Assembly: GCA_964362665.1 (NCBI GenBank)
Contig: CAYIFB010000007.1
Location: 1-59,142 of the forward strand
Direction: 5' to 3'
Length of the DNA: 59,142 nucleotides
Origin: an uncultured Gammaproteobacteria bacterium
GTDB taxonomy: Bacteria > Patescibacteriota > Microgenomatia > 2-02-FULL-39-11
Numbering within the stretch: the stretch's first letter is position 1; each line of letters starts with the position of its first letter. The translations under genes and the position numbers were made by a program. Shown here one piece after another: positions 41,365 to 51,426 of the stretch. The notes below the pieces were generated by a model. The model did no database searches. It saw only the letters and a program-made list of their open reading frames with translations, and was not told where the DNA came from.

Positions 41365-42303
41365 AAGTTTCTTCATTGTTATTGGAATCTGGTCTGCCAG
41401 GTCTGAGGCGTTGAACCAATATCCCATTTTGGTAAAAAGATCGTCTCCCGCTTTTTTGTTGATGTATGACGCAGCCACAGCAGAAGTAAAGGGATCGTTT
41501 ACACAATATAATGCGCCGGTCAGCCCTGCTAAAACATCCCCAGTTCCTCCTTTCGTCATCCCGGGATTTCCACCTTCAATCACTTCACACTCTCCAGGAA
41601 TGCATACATTCACATGATCTGAGTCTGTCGAAGAATCACGCTCACCCCCACAACATGCTATATCTTTCTCTCCTTTCAGAAGCACGGTGCAATGAAATTC
41701 TTTGGCAAAAAGCTTAACCTTATCTTCTGATTGTATTGTTTTATCATTGAGATTTGGAATTTTAGATTTAAGGCAAAGAAGCTCAAATTCTTTGTGGTGC
41801 GGTGTTAAAATTGCGTTTTTTGGAATCAAAGCTAAATCCAGCATCTGTAAAGCTCCGGCGTCAATGACCCATTTTTTATGAGGATATTTTTGCAATAAAT
41901 ACTTTGTCAGGAAATAAGTCTGCAATCCTTCATCTTTAATTTTCTCAATATCTTTTAAACTTTGGATTTGATTTGACATTTGAGCTTTGACATTTGAGAT
42001 TTCGGTCCTGACCATCCCCGGTCCGATAAGAATGCAATCATCCTCTGCAATATAATCCTCAAGATCAGCGCGCGGAACAACTATCCCGTCTCTAAACTCT
42101 TCCTTCAATTTTTGGACAATAGCGTTGTTCTCTTGAACAGATGAATAGTGCACCAGATCGACAATTCTGCTCGCAACTTTCAAAGACCAGAGAGAAGCTG
42201 CATGAAAAAGTTTTGATCCTCCAATGATCAGAAGTCTCCCGTTTTGACCTTTATGGGAACCTTTTTGCGGTATATTTATTTTTTCCAGATAATCTTTAAT
42301 CAT
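41350..42303 (-). CDS. nnrD: NAD(P)HX dehydratase (YjeF C-terminal domain)
   Basis: HKGQNG, IGPG, VIDA, TPH..EF and GGTGDVLAG motifs. Confidence 0.88.
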   Translation of the reverse strand: MIKDYLEKINIPQKGSHKGQNGRLLIIGGSKLFHAASLWSLKVASRIVDLVHYSSVQENNAIVQKLKEEFRDGIVVPRADLEDYIAEDDCILIGPGMVRTEISNVKAQMSNQIQSLKDIEKIKDEGLQTYFLTKYLLQKYPHKKWVIDAGALQMLDLALIPKNAILTPHHKEFELLCLKSKIPNLNDKTIQSEDKVKLFAKEFHCTVLLKGEKDIACCGGERDSSTDSDHVNVCIPGECEVIEGGNPGMTKGGTGDVLAGLTGALYCVNDPFTSAVAASYINKKAGDDLFTKMGYWFNASDLADQIPITMKKLLLDK

Positions 42304-42332
42304 ATAAAAGTTTCGTATTTCAGATAACGACT

Positions 42333-42409
42333 GGGTGACGCGAGTCAGGTGCCATGCTGTTGTCGGCGTTTAACCCGACGCAACAGCAGGGTGACGAGCG
42401 GCAGGACCC
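42333..42409. ncRNA. Structured intergenic motif, copy 2
   Basis: GGGTGACGCGAG, hairpin TGCTGTTG..CAACAGCA, then CGAGCGGCAGGACCC. Confidence 0.6.
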
Positions 42410-42460
42410 TCTGGGAATAACTATATAATATCGTGCAGTTCTTGTCATAATCAAATATTA

Positions 42461-43555
42461 CTACCTTAACTCGATCGGCTCAACCTGATTTATGATTTTT
42501 GCATCGATCAACTCCAAATCGGTCGTAGTTATAATAGTCTGCTTATCTCCAATCATATTAAAAATAATCTGCCGGTAATCCCGATCAAGTTCCGAGAAAA
42601 TATCATCAAGCAGTAGTGTGGGTTTGTCCTGACACTTATCTTCAAAAAAAGCCAATTCACCCAGTTTCAACCATAAAATTGCCAACCTCTGTTCTCCCCG
42701 ACTGCCGAAATGCGAAAGATTTCTGTTTTCTTTGGTAAATTTAAAATCATCACGATGAGGACCAACGAGCGTCATACCCGCGGCTACTTCCTCTTTTTTA
42801 TATTGTTCAAGCCGGCCCTCTGAGATAATGCTTTTATCATAGTCTAATTGATAATTTGGCATTTGGAATTTGGTCCGCCAGTTGGCGGATGGAATTTGCC
42901 TACCTGCCGGCGAGGCAGGTAATTTATTGACAAAGTCAATATATTCCTCCCTCTTTTTAGTAATATATTCTCCGTTTTTTATCAGAAGCTGGTCCCAAAA
43001 CATCAGTTGGTGACGGTATGCTTCGCCTTCTCTGATTGCCTCAAGAATTTTATTCCTCTGTCTTATCCCTTTTTCGTAGGAAACAATTGTCCGGCGATAT
43101 TCCGCATCTATCTGTACCAGAACAAAATCAAGGTAACGCCGACGAAAAGACGGCGAGTCTGTCACAAGCTCCATATCCTGAGGCCAAAATAAAACGACTT
43201 TTAACCGCCCTGCAAAATCATGCATGCTTTTAGCTACCCCGTTCACAAGAAATTTTTTATATGGAGTTTTGACACCCATCACGGTTCCGCTTGTCAGCAT
43301 TAATTCAAGTTTGGTAATCTCGCTGCCTGAAGCTAATATTCCTTCAATCCTACCTAGATCCTCATTAAAAGAAATTATTTCACTGTCTTTCTCAGCTCTG
43401 AAACTTTTACCGAGTGACAGCATAAAAATTGATTCCAGAATTATGGTTTTTCCAATTGCGTTTGGCCCGACAATTATATTCAAAGATTCTTGGAAATCAA
43501 TCTGCTTTTTAGAAATACGGCGTATGTTTTGCAGATTTAATTTGGCAATTGGCAT
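42461..43555 (-). CDS. recF: DNA replication/repair protein RecF
   Basis: GPNAIGKT, SFR, RR.LD, GPHRDD, SRGEQR and LLLDD motifs. Confidence 0.93.
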   Translation of the reverse strand: MPIAKLNLQNIRRISKKQIDFQESLNIIVGPNAIGKTIILESIFMLSLGKSFRAEKDSEIISFNEDLGRIEGILASGSEITKLELMLTSGTVMGVKTPYKKFLVNGVAKSMHDFAGRLKVVLFWPQDMELVTDSPSFRRRYLDFVLVQIDAEYRRTIVSYEKGIRQRNKILEAIREGEAYRHQLMFWDQLLIKNGEYITKKREEYIDFVNKLPASPAGRQIPSANWRTKFQMPNYQLDYDKSIISEGRLEQYKKEEVAAGMTLVGPHRDDFKFTKENRNLSHFGSRGEQRLAILWLKLGELAFFEDKCQDKPTLLLDDIFSELDRDYRQIIFNMIGDKQTIITTTDLELIDAKIINQVEPIELR

Positions 43556-44251
43556 TTAGGGAGAAATCAGGGTACCTGTAAATTCTTTATTAGTTAAAAG
43601 GCGGTCAAGATTTTTTATATCCCGGCCGATGACGAATACGCTCAAATTCAGTTTTTTAGCCAGCTTGGTGGCGATCGGGTCAAAAGGAAGATTACTGCCG
43701 GGAGACCATTTATCTCCGACCAATAACTCAAAATCCGTCCAGTTGATTTTATCAAGCGGCTTGGCATCGCTATATTTATTTGGATCCTTATCATAAACTT
43801 GAGGAATGTTGGACATGTTGATAATGACTTTGGCAGTATAATCACGGGCAAGAAGCACCGCATCATAATCGGTGGATCGCCCCGGTTTCCAGCCTGAAGC
43901 AACTACCAGTGGCTGTTCAAGATTATTTAGTTTATGCTCATAATTTTGGATAATGCGGGGATGTGCTACATCCTGAAAGATGGTACGGATGAGATGAGCA
44001 TTAAGGCGTGTTGCATGAATACCGAGGTAATCCAAATCCCAATCAGTAATGTCACCTATAATATTTTTGGCGGCATCAATGTAATGACGGGCTGTAGCTC
44101 CTCCCCCGACAACAATAAAAAATCGCCATTTTTCGGCGATTTTTTGTCTGATAAATTCATTAAACTGGGACAAAAACTTAGTGTCCATTCCCCCATTGGG
44201 AACAACCAGTGATCCACCGAGCGAAATGATAATCGGGCTATTTTTATCCAC
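43556..44251 (-). CDS. pyrH: UMP kinase (archaeal type)
   Basis: SLGGS, VGGG..AR.YI, PG.STD and VYDKDP motifs. Confidence 0.9.
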   Translation of the reverse strand: MDKNSPIIISLGGSLVVPNGGMDTKFLSQFNEFIRQKIAEKWRFFIVVGGGATARHYIDAAKNIIGDITDWDLDYLGIHATRLNAHLIRTIFQDVAHPRIIQNYEHKLNNLEQPLVVASGWKPGRSTDYDAVLLARDYTAKVIINMSNIPQVYDKDPNKYSDAKPLDKINWTDFELLVGDKWSPGSNLPFDPIATKLAKKLNLSVFVIGRDIKNLDRLLTNKEFTGTLISP

Positions 44252-44291
44252 CTTATGGAGTATTATAACAGAATTAGATTAACATTGCGCT

Positions 44292-45518
44292 TTAAACCCT
44301 CCAATTTTTCCATTTTTTTATCTCAACTACCGTCTCCCAGGGTCTCGCGGATCCGTCATCTACTCTGCCAAACGGTCCCCAAGCAGCAAGATTAGAATAT
44401 TTAATATTTGATTCTGAAAGTCGTCTTAACCCAAACCTGTCAATTGCGGCAACAAGCGACCAATCGATAGTTTGAAGAAATTTAATAATTTCCTGTTTTG
44501 GTTTTTTTTCAGTACGGGCAAAATCCACTATTATTTTTAACGGTGCCGGATACCCTATAGCCCAAGTCAAAACCACAAAACACTGGTCCGCCAAATCATT
44601 GCCAACTATTTGTTTTGCCACCCATCTGGCCATTTGGGCTCCTGTGGCATCTGTTTTTGAAGGATCCTTGCCATGTATCGCTCCTCCGCCGATCGGAACT
44701 GATGGCCCATAATGATCAATTACCAATTTTCTTCCGGTGAGTCCCGTATCCCCGGGAGCTCCGGCAACAATAAATCTTCCTGTTCCGTTTATGTAGACTT
44801 TCTTGATGTCAAAAGATAAACCATGTTGGGCTAAAACACTGTCTATTACAGGTTGAACTTTTTTTCTAATCTCTTCCAGCCCGATATTTTCTGTATGTGA
44901 TATTGCCAGAACAATTCTTTCTACTTTAACAGGTCGTCCCTTTGCATTATAGGATATAATAAATTCAGATTTCATATCCGGCTTTAATACTTTTACGGCA
45001 TCGGAAGTTCTTCGTAATTTATCAATACCAAATAGCGTATCTCTTGATAAAACTATAGGTAAAGGCATTAAATCATCAACACTTAGAGGTAACCAGGGCT
45101 TTCTAATTGCATACCCGGTGGTAATACCCTGGTCTCCGGCCCCTATTTGTTTCCTTCCTTTTTCCACGCCTTGTGCGATATCAACAGATTGGGTATTGTA
45201 AAGAACCTGTATCGCTATTTTATTCGGATCATACCCAAAGGCTTTCGTCCAACCTAAACCGTGGATATATTTCTTTGCTAAAGCCTTATAACCAGCCGGG
45301 GTAATTTTATGAGCTGAAGTTATTTCACCGGCCATAATTATAGGTCCTTTTGAAGTTAAAAGTGTTTCTGCGGCAACATGTGCTTCAGGATGATGACTGA
45401 TATGCGTCTCTACAACTAAAGCACTAATCCCGTCGGCTGTCCTGTCGGGATGTCCTGGGGAGACAAATTCTGCTGAGCTGTGTATAAATCCTTTTCCGGT
45501 GGCTGTCTGAATATCCAT
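44292..45518 (-). CDS. metK: S-adenosylmethionine synthetase (divergent)
   Basis: E.VSPGHPD, GAGDQG, DTGLTGRK and GGGA..GKDPSK.D motifs. Confidence 0.93.
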   Translation of the reverse strand: MDIQTATGKGFIHSSAEFVSPGHPDRTADGISALVVETHISHHPEAHVAAETLLTSKGPIIMAGEITSAHKITPAGYKALAKKYIHGLGWTKAFGYDPNKIAIQVLYNTQSVDIAQGVEKGRKQIGAGDQGITTGYAIRKPWLPLSVDDLMPLPIVLSRDTLFGIDKLRRTSDAVKVLKPDMKSEFIISYNAKGRPVKVERIVLAISHTENIGLEEIRKKVQPVIDSVLAQHGLSFDIKKVYINGTGRFIVAGAPGDTGLTGRKLVIDHYGPSVPIGGGAIHGKDPSKTDATGAQMARWVAKQIVGNDLADQCFVVLTWAIGYPAPLKIIVDFARTEKKPKQEIIKFLQTIDWSLVAAIDRFGLRRLSESNIKYSNLAAWGPFGRVDDGSARPWETVVEIKKWKNWRV

Positions 45519-45638
45519 GAAATTTTTTCCTCTACTTAAATATTATTAATGCTTTTGCTGATTATCCGCATTGTGGCAGATCTTGAGGAGGATAATATAT
45601 TTTTATACGTTCCGGAAAGACTTGTCAAGAAGATTGTT

Positions 45639-46511
45639 TTATTTAAGACTCTGACATTTCCGGCAATAAAAAGTCCCCCGTCCGCCGAGAATCATTCTTT
45701 CAATTTTTCCTCCGCATTGATTTGGACATGTCTCTTTCTCCCTGCCATAAACATAAAAATGTTCCTGTTTGCTTCCCTTCCGGCCAAATATATCCACGAA
45801 ATTGGTTTTTGAGGCGCCTTTCCACTTCAATCCTTCCTTAAGCACCTTGAGTAAATTAGAGTAAAGAAATTTTGCCTTGTCCCTTGAAATACTCATCGAA
45901 GATGTCTTTGGGTGGATTTTAGCAAGAAAAAGCGCGTCATTGGCATAGATATTACCTACTCCTGCCAATTTTTGCTGATCCATTAAAAGTAATTTAATCG
46001 GACGCCCGGATTGTTTGAGGATCTGTCTGAATTGTTGGAGAGTAAGTTCATTCAACGGATCAGGACCTAATTTAGAAATTAAGTCTTTTAAATTAAAAGT
46101 TTTGAGTTTTGAACTGTGGTTTTGAGTTTGCACAACTTTCATCCACCCAAACTTCCTGATGTCGTTAAAAAACAGCTTATCTCCACTTTCAAACTCCAGA
46201 ATTACTCTGGTATGTTTATTTGGTAAATCCAAAACGGGCAAGTCGAGGGAGTTATCACGGCAGGACCCGTCTGAATGGAATAGTAAATTTCCTGTCATTT
46301 TCAAATGCACTGCCAGAGAATAATTATCTTCCAAATCAATCACGAGCATCTTCCCAAACCGCCTCACTCCGGTAATTTTACTTTTCAGAGCTAATTTCTT
46401 ATCGCCTATGAAGGATTTTGGATGAAGTATTTTTATATCGGAGATCTTTAATCCAACTATTAAATCAGATAACTGTATTCTGATCGTTTCAACCTCGGGT
46501 AATTCTGGCAT
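45639..46511 (-). CDS. mutM: Formamidopyrimidine-DNA glycosylase
   Basis: PELPEVE, HLKMTG, GVGNIY and C-terminal zinc finger. Confidence 0.95.
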   Translation of the reverse strand: MPELPEVETIRIQLSDLIVGLKISDIKILHPKSFIGDKKLALKSKITGVRRFGKMLVIDLEDNYSLAVHLKMTGNLLFHSDGSCRDNSLDLPVLDLPNKHTRVILEFESGDKLFFNDIRKFGWMKVVQTQNHSSKLKTFNLKDLISKLGPDPLNELTLQQFRQILKQSGRPIKLLLMDQQKLAGVGNIYANDALFLAKIHPKTSSMSISRDKAKFLYSNLLKVLKEGLKWKGASKTNFVDIFGRKGSKQEHFYVYGREKETCPNQCGGKIERMILGGRGTFYCRKCQSLK

Positions 46512-47644
46512 TATTGTTCTTTGAATTTTGTTTCCACAAAATTCTTTAACTCTCTCTTAAATCTCTCTTTACTGAATTTTTGCGCCTGTTTGACGCAATC
46601 TTCCTTTTTCAACACCGTCTTTTCAAATTTTTTGATAGCTTTTATCATCGATTCAGGAGTAAGTTCCTCAAAAAGAATTCCTGTCCTGCCGTCAACTACC
46701 GTCTCTTTCACTCCACCTTGATTAAGACCAACGACCGGCATGCCCATTGACATAGCCTCAACAGGAATAATGCCAAAATCTTCCTCTTCTGAAGGATAAA
46801 GAAGAGCTTTGCCGTCCCGGTATAATTGACGAAGATATTCTTCATCAACTTCCCCTAAAAACTCGACTGTCGGTCCGGCAATTTTAGACAATTCTTCTCC
46901 ATAATCAGCAAAGCCGCGGCCAAACACTTTCAATGGCAGTTGCAGTTTATTGCAAACCTCAATAGCTAACTCAATATGTTTTGGTCTTGCCAGCCTTCCT
47001 CCTGCCAAATAATATTCACCTCTTTTTTTGGCATTTAATCCGCCAGCTGGCGGATGGATATTGGAAATTTTGTTATCTACCGGAGGGTAGATAACAGTGG
47101 CTTCCCTCCTATAAAACTTCTCTATTCTTCGTTTAACCTCATTTGAATTTGCAATAAAAAAATCAGGCCTTTGGGCGCTGATAAAATCAATCTCCCTCAT
47201 CCGGTGATTAACTAAGTTGCCTGCTATTTTCCCTAAAACACTATTTTGCCAGTTGCGGGCGGTAGGATATCCGTAGAGAAATCTCGGGGGTGTATGGCAG
47301 TAACAAATATGGAGAGTATCGGGCTTTCTGACAATCAGGTTGGGGCTATATGCTCCCGTAGCCGAAACTAAAACTATGTCAAATCCTTCGAAGTTCCAGT
47401 TCTCAAAAATCCAGGGAGTCAGAAGCCTGATGGGACTTATAAGTTTTTCTATAAAAGGGATATTCTGCAGCCAAGAAGTTCTTATATCCCAACCCTCAAA
47501 CCTTTTCCGGTGGGGCCCGAGAAACTGCGGCAGATAAACCGTGGTAAAAACAGGTGCTTCAGGCCAGATTTCGTGGAGCGTCTCGAGCACCCTTTCAGCT
47601 CCGCCGTATTCCTTGATGTAATCGTGAACTATTGCAATTTTCAT
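46511..47644 (-). CDS. Glycosyltransferase family 4
   Basis: GGAERV, YCHTP.R and EDFGI.PVEAM motifs. Confidence 0.92.
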   Translation of the reverse strand: MKIAIVHDYIKEYGGAERVLETLHEIWPEAPVFTTVYLPQFLGPHRKRFEGWDIRTSWLQNIPFIEKLISPIRLLTPWIFENWNFEGFDIVLVSATGAYSPNLIVRKPDTLHICYCHTPPRFLYGYPTARNWQNSVLGKIAGNLVNHRMREIDFISAQRPDFFIANSNEVKRRIEKFYRREATVIYPPVDNKISNIHPPAGGLNAKKRGEYYLAGGRLARPKHIELAIEVCNKLQLPLKVFGRGFADYGEELSKIAGPTVEFLGEVDEEYLRQLYRDGKALLYPSEEEDFGIIPVEAMSMGMPVVGLNQGGVKETVVDGRTGILFEELTPESMIKAIKKFEKTVLKKEDCVKQAQKFSKERFKRELKNFVETKFKEQ

Positions 47645-47668
47645 ACTTAATTTATCAAAAACAAATTA

Positions 47669-48637
47669 TTAAAAAAGTGATGTTTGCTGAATTTTATTCT
47701 CTTTTACGATCTCTGATTTTTGTTGTTTGTTATTTATTTTTTGCTCCCTGTTCCCTGATAATCTCGGTATCAAACTCCGAAACCCCAATTCGTCGAAAAG
47801 AAGATGTACGTCCTCGCGGTCAAAGTTTTTCAAAACACATTGTTCCCAGTTTATACTTAAAGGCACATCCGTCATTATCTTTGCCAGTTTTCTGGAAACT
47901 ATTGCCAGTTTCTCATTGTCTTTGAGGGATAATTTGATTTTTTGGCTTTCAACCTCATCTAAATGCTTGTAAAGATGATCAAAAGACTTAAACTGGGAAA
48001 TAAGGGCACTTGCAGTTTTGGGTCCTATCCCTGCCACTCCGGGGTAATTGTCTGACGGATCGCCGACCAAAGCCTTATAATCCACGACCTGTGCAGGTTT
48101 TAAGCTATATTTTTCTTCTACTTCTTTTTCACCATATAGCTTTGACTCTGATAAGCCCTTCACCGGCATGTAAATTTTTACCTTGTCGTTGACAAGCTGC
48201 AGCATATCCCTGTCCCCGCTCACGATAATTACATCAATAAAGTTATTAGTATTTTTTTTGGGAGTTAACTTTGCTGCCTGCGAAGCAATTGTTCCTATCA
48301 CATCATCGGCCTCAAATCCCGGTTTCTCGTATCTTACTATCCCCATCTCTGTCACCAGCTTTTTCACAAGATCGATCTGGGAAATAAAGTCATCATCCGC
48401 CTTTGGTCTCTGGATCTGATAGTCTTCATAAAGTTTGTTGCGAAAGGTGGGCTCAGGAGTGTCGAAAGCAACTATTAAATGGGTAGGCTTCAGTTCTGCA
48501 ACTACCCGCAGAAGCATCGAGGTAAAGCCATAAACAGCATTGATTATTTGCCCCTTAGGAGTGGTAAGAGATGTCGGAAGAGCATGGTATGCCCTATACA
48601 AAATCGCGTGTCCGTCAATGATTACAAGCCGATTCAT
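47669..48637 (-). CDS. Stand-alone 5'-3' exonuclease (PolA N-terminal domain)
   Basis: IDG....RAYHA, EADDVIG, SGDRD and GDPSDNYPGV.GIG.KTA; ends before any polymerase domain. Confidence 0.9.
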   Translation of the reverse strand: MNRLVIIDGHAILYRAYHALPTSLTTPKGQIINAVYGFTSMLLRVVAELKPTHLIVAFDTPEPTFRNKLYEDYQIQRPKADDDFISQIDLVKKLVTEMGIVRYEKPGFEADDVIGTIASQAAKLTPKKNTNNFIDVIIVSGDRDMLQLVNDKVKIYMPVKGLSESKLYGEKEVEEKYSLKPAQVVDYKALVGDPSDNYPGVAGIGPKTASALISQFKSFDHLYKHLDEVESQKIKLSLKDNEKLAIVSRKLAKIMTDVPLSINWEQCVLKNFDREDVHLLFDELGFRSLIPRLSGNREQKINNKQQKSEIVKENKIQQTSLF

Positions 48638-48743
48638 AGTTCGATTTCACTCACTATGATCCTGAGCATAGTCGAATGGATCATGGGGATATTTTAGCAT
48701 GAAGCACTCATAATTACATGATGTACGAGTATTACTCATTATA

Positions 48744-49091
48744 TTACAAAGGATACGGTTTCCATCCGCCTTTAATAGCTGCTTCTAAGAGAAGTGTTTG
48801 AGATATATGACGAATTCGATTTTCTTCTACTAAGGAAGCTGCTTGCTCAAAAACAACTCCTTCTTCAACTACTACAGGTTGATTTGAGGTAAAAACAATA
48901 AAATTACCTGCTGGATCAATCTTCACACGGCCCTCCGATTTGCTCGGATCATTTGCTCCGAGAATAATCTCCGTTCCCACTCCCCCCGTTCCATTTGGAC
49001 CCATCGGAAAAGACCTTGTCATTAGATCGCCGGGCTGCAATCCAAAATGAGTGCAAAAACTATCAATTCTAGTCTCAATTTGTGCATTCAT
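48744..49091 (-). CDS. Hypothetical protein
   Basis: 115 aa ORF co-oriented with its neighbours. Confidence 0.55.
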   Translation of the reverse strand: MNAQIETRIDSFCTHFGLQPGDLMTRSFPMGPNGTGGVGTEIILGANDPSKSEGRVKIDPAGNFIVFTSNQPVVVEEGVVFEQAASLVEENRIRHISQTLLLEAAIKGGWKPYPL

Positions 49092-49129
49092 ATATTAAGA
49101 GGGAAGATTATCGTAAATAAAGGAATATG

Positions 49130-51028
49130 TCAAGAAAGCGCGGAGATAGGAGGCTTTACTGATCCCATGAGGCGTTCGAAGTCTTCTTTTTCCAGAGTCT
49201 CTTTTTTAATCAGTTCTTCTGCCACTTTATCCAGTTTGGCTTTGTTTTTCTTGAGTATGCTGGCAGCTTGTTTGTAACAACCGTCAATAATAGATTTAAC
49301 CTCCTCGTCAATTTTACTTAGCATATTAGGCGATGTTTTTGCCTCAGATACATACCGGCCCCCCCACTCAGTCACATCCATTGATGATCCGTAATTTATC
49401 GGGCCAAGAGCTGACATACCAAAATCGATCACCATACTGCGGGCAACCTCTGTAGCTTTATCAATATCGTTGGAGGCGCCTGACGTCATTTCGTTAAAAA
49501 TCAACTCTTCTGCTGCACGTCCTCCAAGCATTGATGATATCTGTTCCAGAAGGTGGGTTTTTGTTTCGTGAATTCTGTCTTTTTGCGGAGGAATCAAGGT
49601 AAAGCCGAGCGCCATACCCCGGGAAATGATGGATATCCTGTGGACCGGATCCATGTGGGGCAGCTCATGGGTGACGATAGCATGACCGGTTTCGTGATAA
49701 GCTGTCATTTTACGGTCCAGATCGCTTTGCAGACGCTTTTTCTCGGGACCAAGCATTACTTTTGTTGCAGCCTCCTCGAGATCTGTCATTTCGATAACTT
49801 TTTGGCTTTGCCGGGCGGCCAGAATGGCGGCTTCATTGAGCATATTTGCCAGATCTGCTCCGGAAAATCCGACTGTTCTTTTTGCGGTTTTATCCCAATC
49901 CACATTTGCGGCCATCGGTTTATCTTTAACGTGGATTTTTAAAATTGCCTTTCTGCCTTCAAGATCCGGAAGATCCAAAACCACTCTTCTGTCAAACCTG
50001 CCCGGCCGAAGAAGTGCTGAATCCAGTAAATCTCCGCGGTTTGTTGCTGCCACGACCACCACATGCTCGCTGGGGGTAAATCCGTCCATCTCGACCAGAA
50101 TCTGGTTGAGAGTCTGCTCCCTCTCATCATGGCCGCCCATGACGCCAACCGACCTCATGCGGCCTATGGCATCAATCTCGTCAATAAAGATGATGGCTGG
50201 TGAATTTTTCTTGGCAGTGTTAAATAAATCTCTTACGCGACTGGCTCCAACTCCGACCAGCATTTCCATGAACTCCGATCCTGCCATGGAAAAAAACGGT
50301 GCATTAGCTTCTCCGGCCAAAGCGCGCGCCAGTAATGTTTTTCCTGTTCCGCTTGGTCCGACAAGTAATACGCCCTTTGGTGTGCGGGCTCCAAGAGCTC
50401 TGTATTTTTGCGGATTTTTGAGAAAATCCACGATCTCCTCAAGTTCTCTTTTAGCCTCATCCACACCTGCCACGTCTTTAAAAGTGACTTTAGGGGTATC
50501 TTTGGAAAAAAGTTTGGCACGGGATTGTCCGAAGGAAAAAATCGAGTCCTGAGCGCCCCTGGCTTGTTTGATTAGGATCAGGAAAAATCCAACCATGAGG
50601 GCAATCGGAAGAATATTGGAGATAATATTTACCCACAAAGCTCCACCAGCTGTGTCTTTAACGTCAATTTCGATTGTTTTAGGATCTACTCCGGAATCGG
50701 TCAAAGTTTTATAAAAAGATTCCTGTCCTTCTTTGGTGGTGGTATAAATTTTGTCGTCTTTGTATGTTGTTATTAGTTTGCTATCTATGACTTCGACCTT
50801 TTTTACCTGTCCTTTTTTGATGTCGTCAACCAAGCTGGACAATGGCTTTGAAGGAAAAATTTTCGAGACATCCCTGCCTCCGATAAAGATAAATATGAGA
50901 ATCATTCCCATAATCAGCCACAAAAAGATATTTTTGGGCGTCAGGTTTATTTTAAACTCTATTTTCTTCTTAAAACCCGGCTTTTTACCGTTGACGGCCG
51001 GTTTTTTATTTTGTTTTTGCTCTGGCAT
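49130..51028 (-). CDS. ftsH: ATP-dependent zinc metalloprotease FtsH
   Basis: Two TM helices; [24 protein letters not shown] and HETGH motifs. Confidence 0.97.
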   Translation of the reverse strand: MPEQKQNKKPAVNGKKPGFKKKIEFKINLTPKNIFLWLIMGMILIFIFIGGRDVSKIFPSKPLSSLVDDIKKGQVKKVEVIDSKLITTYKDDKIYTTTKEGQESFYKTLTDSGVDPKTIEIDVKDTAGGALWVNIISNILPIALMVGFFLILIKQARGAQDSIFSFGQSRAKLFSKDTPKVTFKDVAGVDEAKRELEEIVDFLKNPQKYRALGARTPKGVLLVGPSGTGKTLLARALAGEANAPFFSMAGSEFMEMLVGVGASRVRDLFNTAKKNSPAIIFIDEIDAIGRMRSVGVMGGHDEREQTLNQILVEMDGFTPSEHVVVVAATNRGDLLDSALLRPGRFDRRVVLDLPDLEGRKAILKIHVKDKPMAANVDWDKTAKRTVGFSGADLANMLNEAAILAARQSQKVIEMTDLEEAATKVMLGPEKKRLQSDLDRKMTAYHETGHAIVTHELPHMDPVHRISIISRGMALGFTLIPPQKDRIHETKTHLLEQISSMLGGRAAEELIFNEMTSGASNDIDKATEVARSMVIDFGMSALGPINYGSSMDVTEWGGRYVSEAKTSPNMLSKIDEEVKSIIDGCYKQAASILKKNKAKLDKVAEELIKKETLEKEDFERLMGSVKPPISALS

Positions 51029-51032
51029 AGGT

Positions 51033-51371
51033 TTATCTTACTACAGTTCCTTCAGGAATACTTTTGTTAATTGGTACTACGACAGCTTTATCAACAGTAT
51101 CTAGAGCTAGAATCATCCCTTGACTGTCTTCACCCATCATCTTTTTGGGTGCAAGATTGACCACAAAAATAAACTTTTTATTAAGTAACTGTTTGGGTTT
51201 ATACCACTTGGCAATTCCTGAAAGAATTTTCTTCACTCCGCACTCTTTTCCTAAATCTACTTCCAGCCTAATGAGGTTTGTTGACCCTTCTACTTTGTCG
51301 GCAGAAACTACTCTCCCCACGCGCAGGTCAAGTTTCTGGAAATCGGAAAAGGCCACTTCATCTTTCATCAT
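51033..51371 (-). CDS. tRNA-binding OB-fold protein (Trbp111/CsaA/MetG C-terminal)
   Basis: DF.KLDLRVG, NL.P..M.G..SQGMILA motifs. Confidence 0.88.
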   Translation of the reverse strand: MMKDEVAFSDFQKLDLRVGRVVSADKVEGSTNLIRLEVDLGKECGVKKILSGIAKWYKPKQLLNKKFIFVVNLAPKKMMGEDSQGMILALDTVDKAVVVPINKSIPEGTVVR

Positions 51372-51426
51372 TGAGGAAATAATTATAGCTTAAATCGTAC
51401 GACAAGACAAACTACGGAATAAAACT

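Noticed and set aside
49824-50552. 242 aa plus-strand ORF
   Set aside because: Antisense shadow of the conserved ftsH AAA domain.
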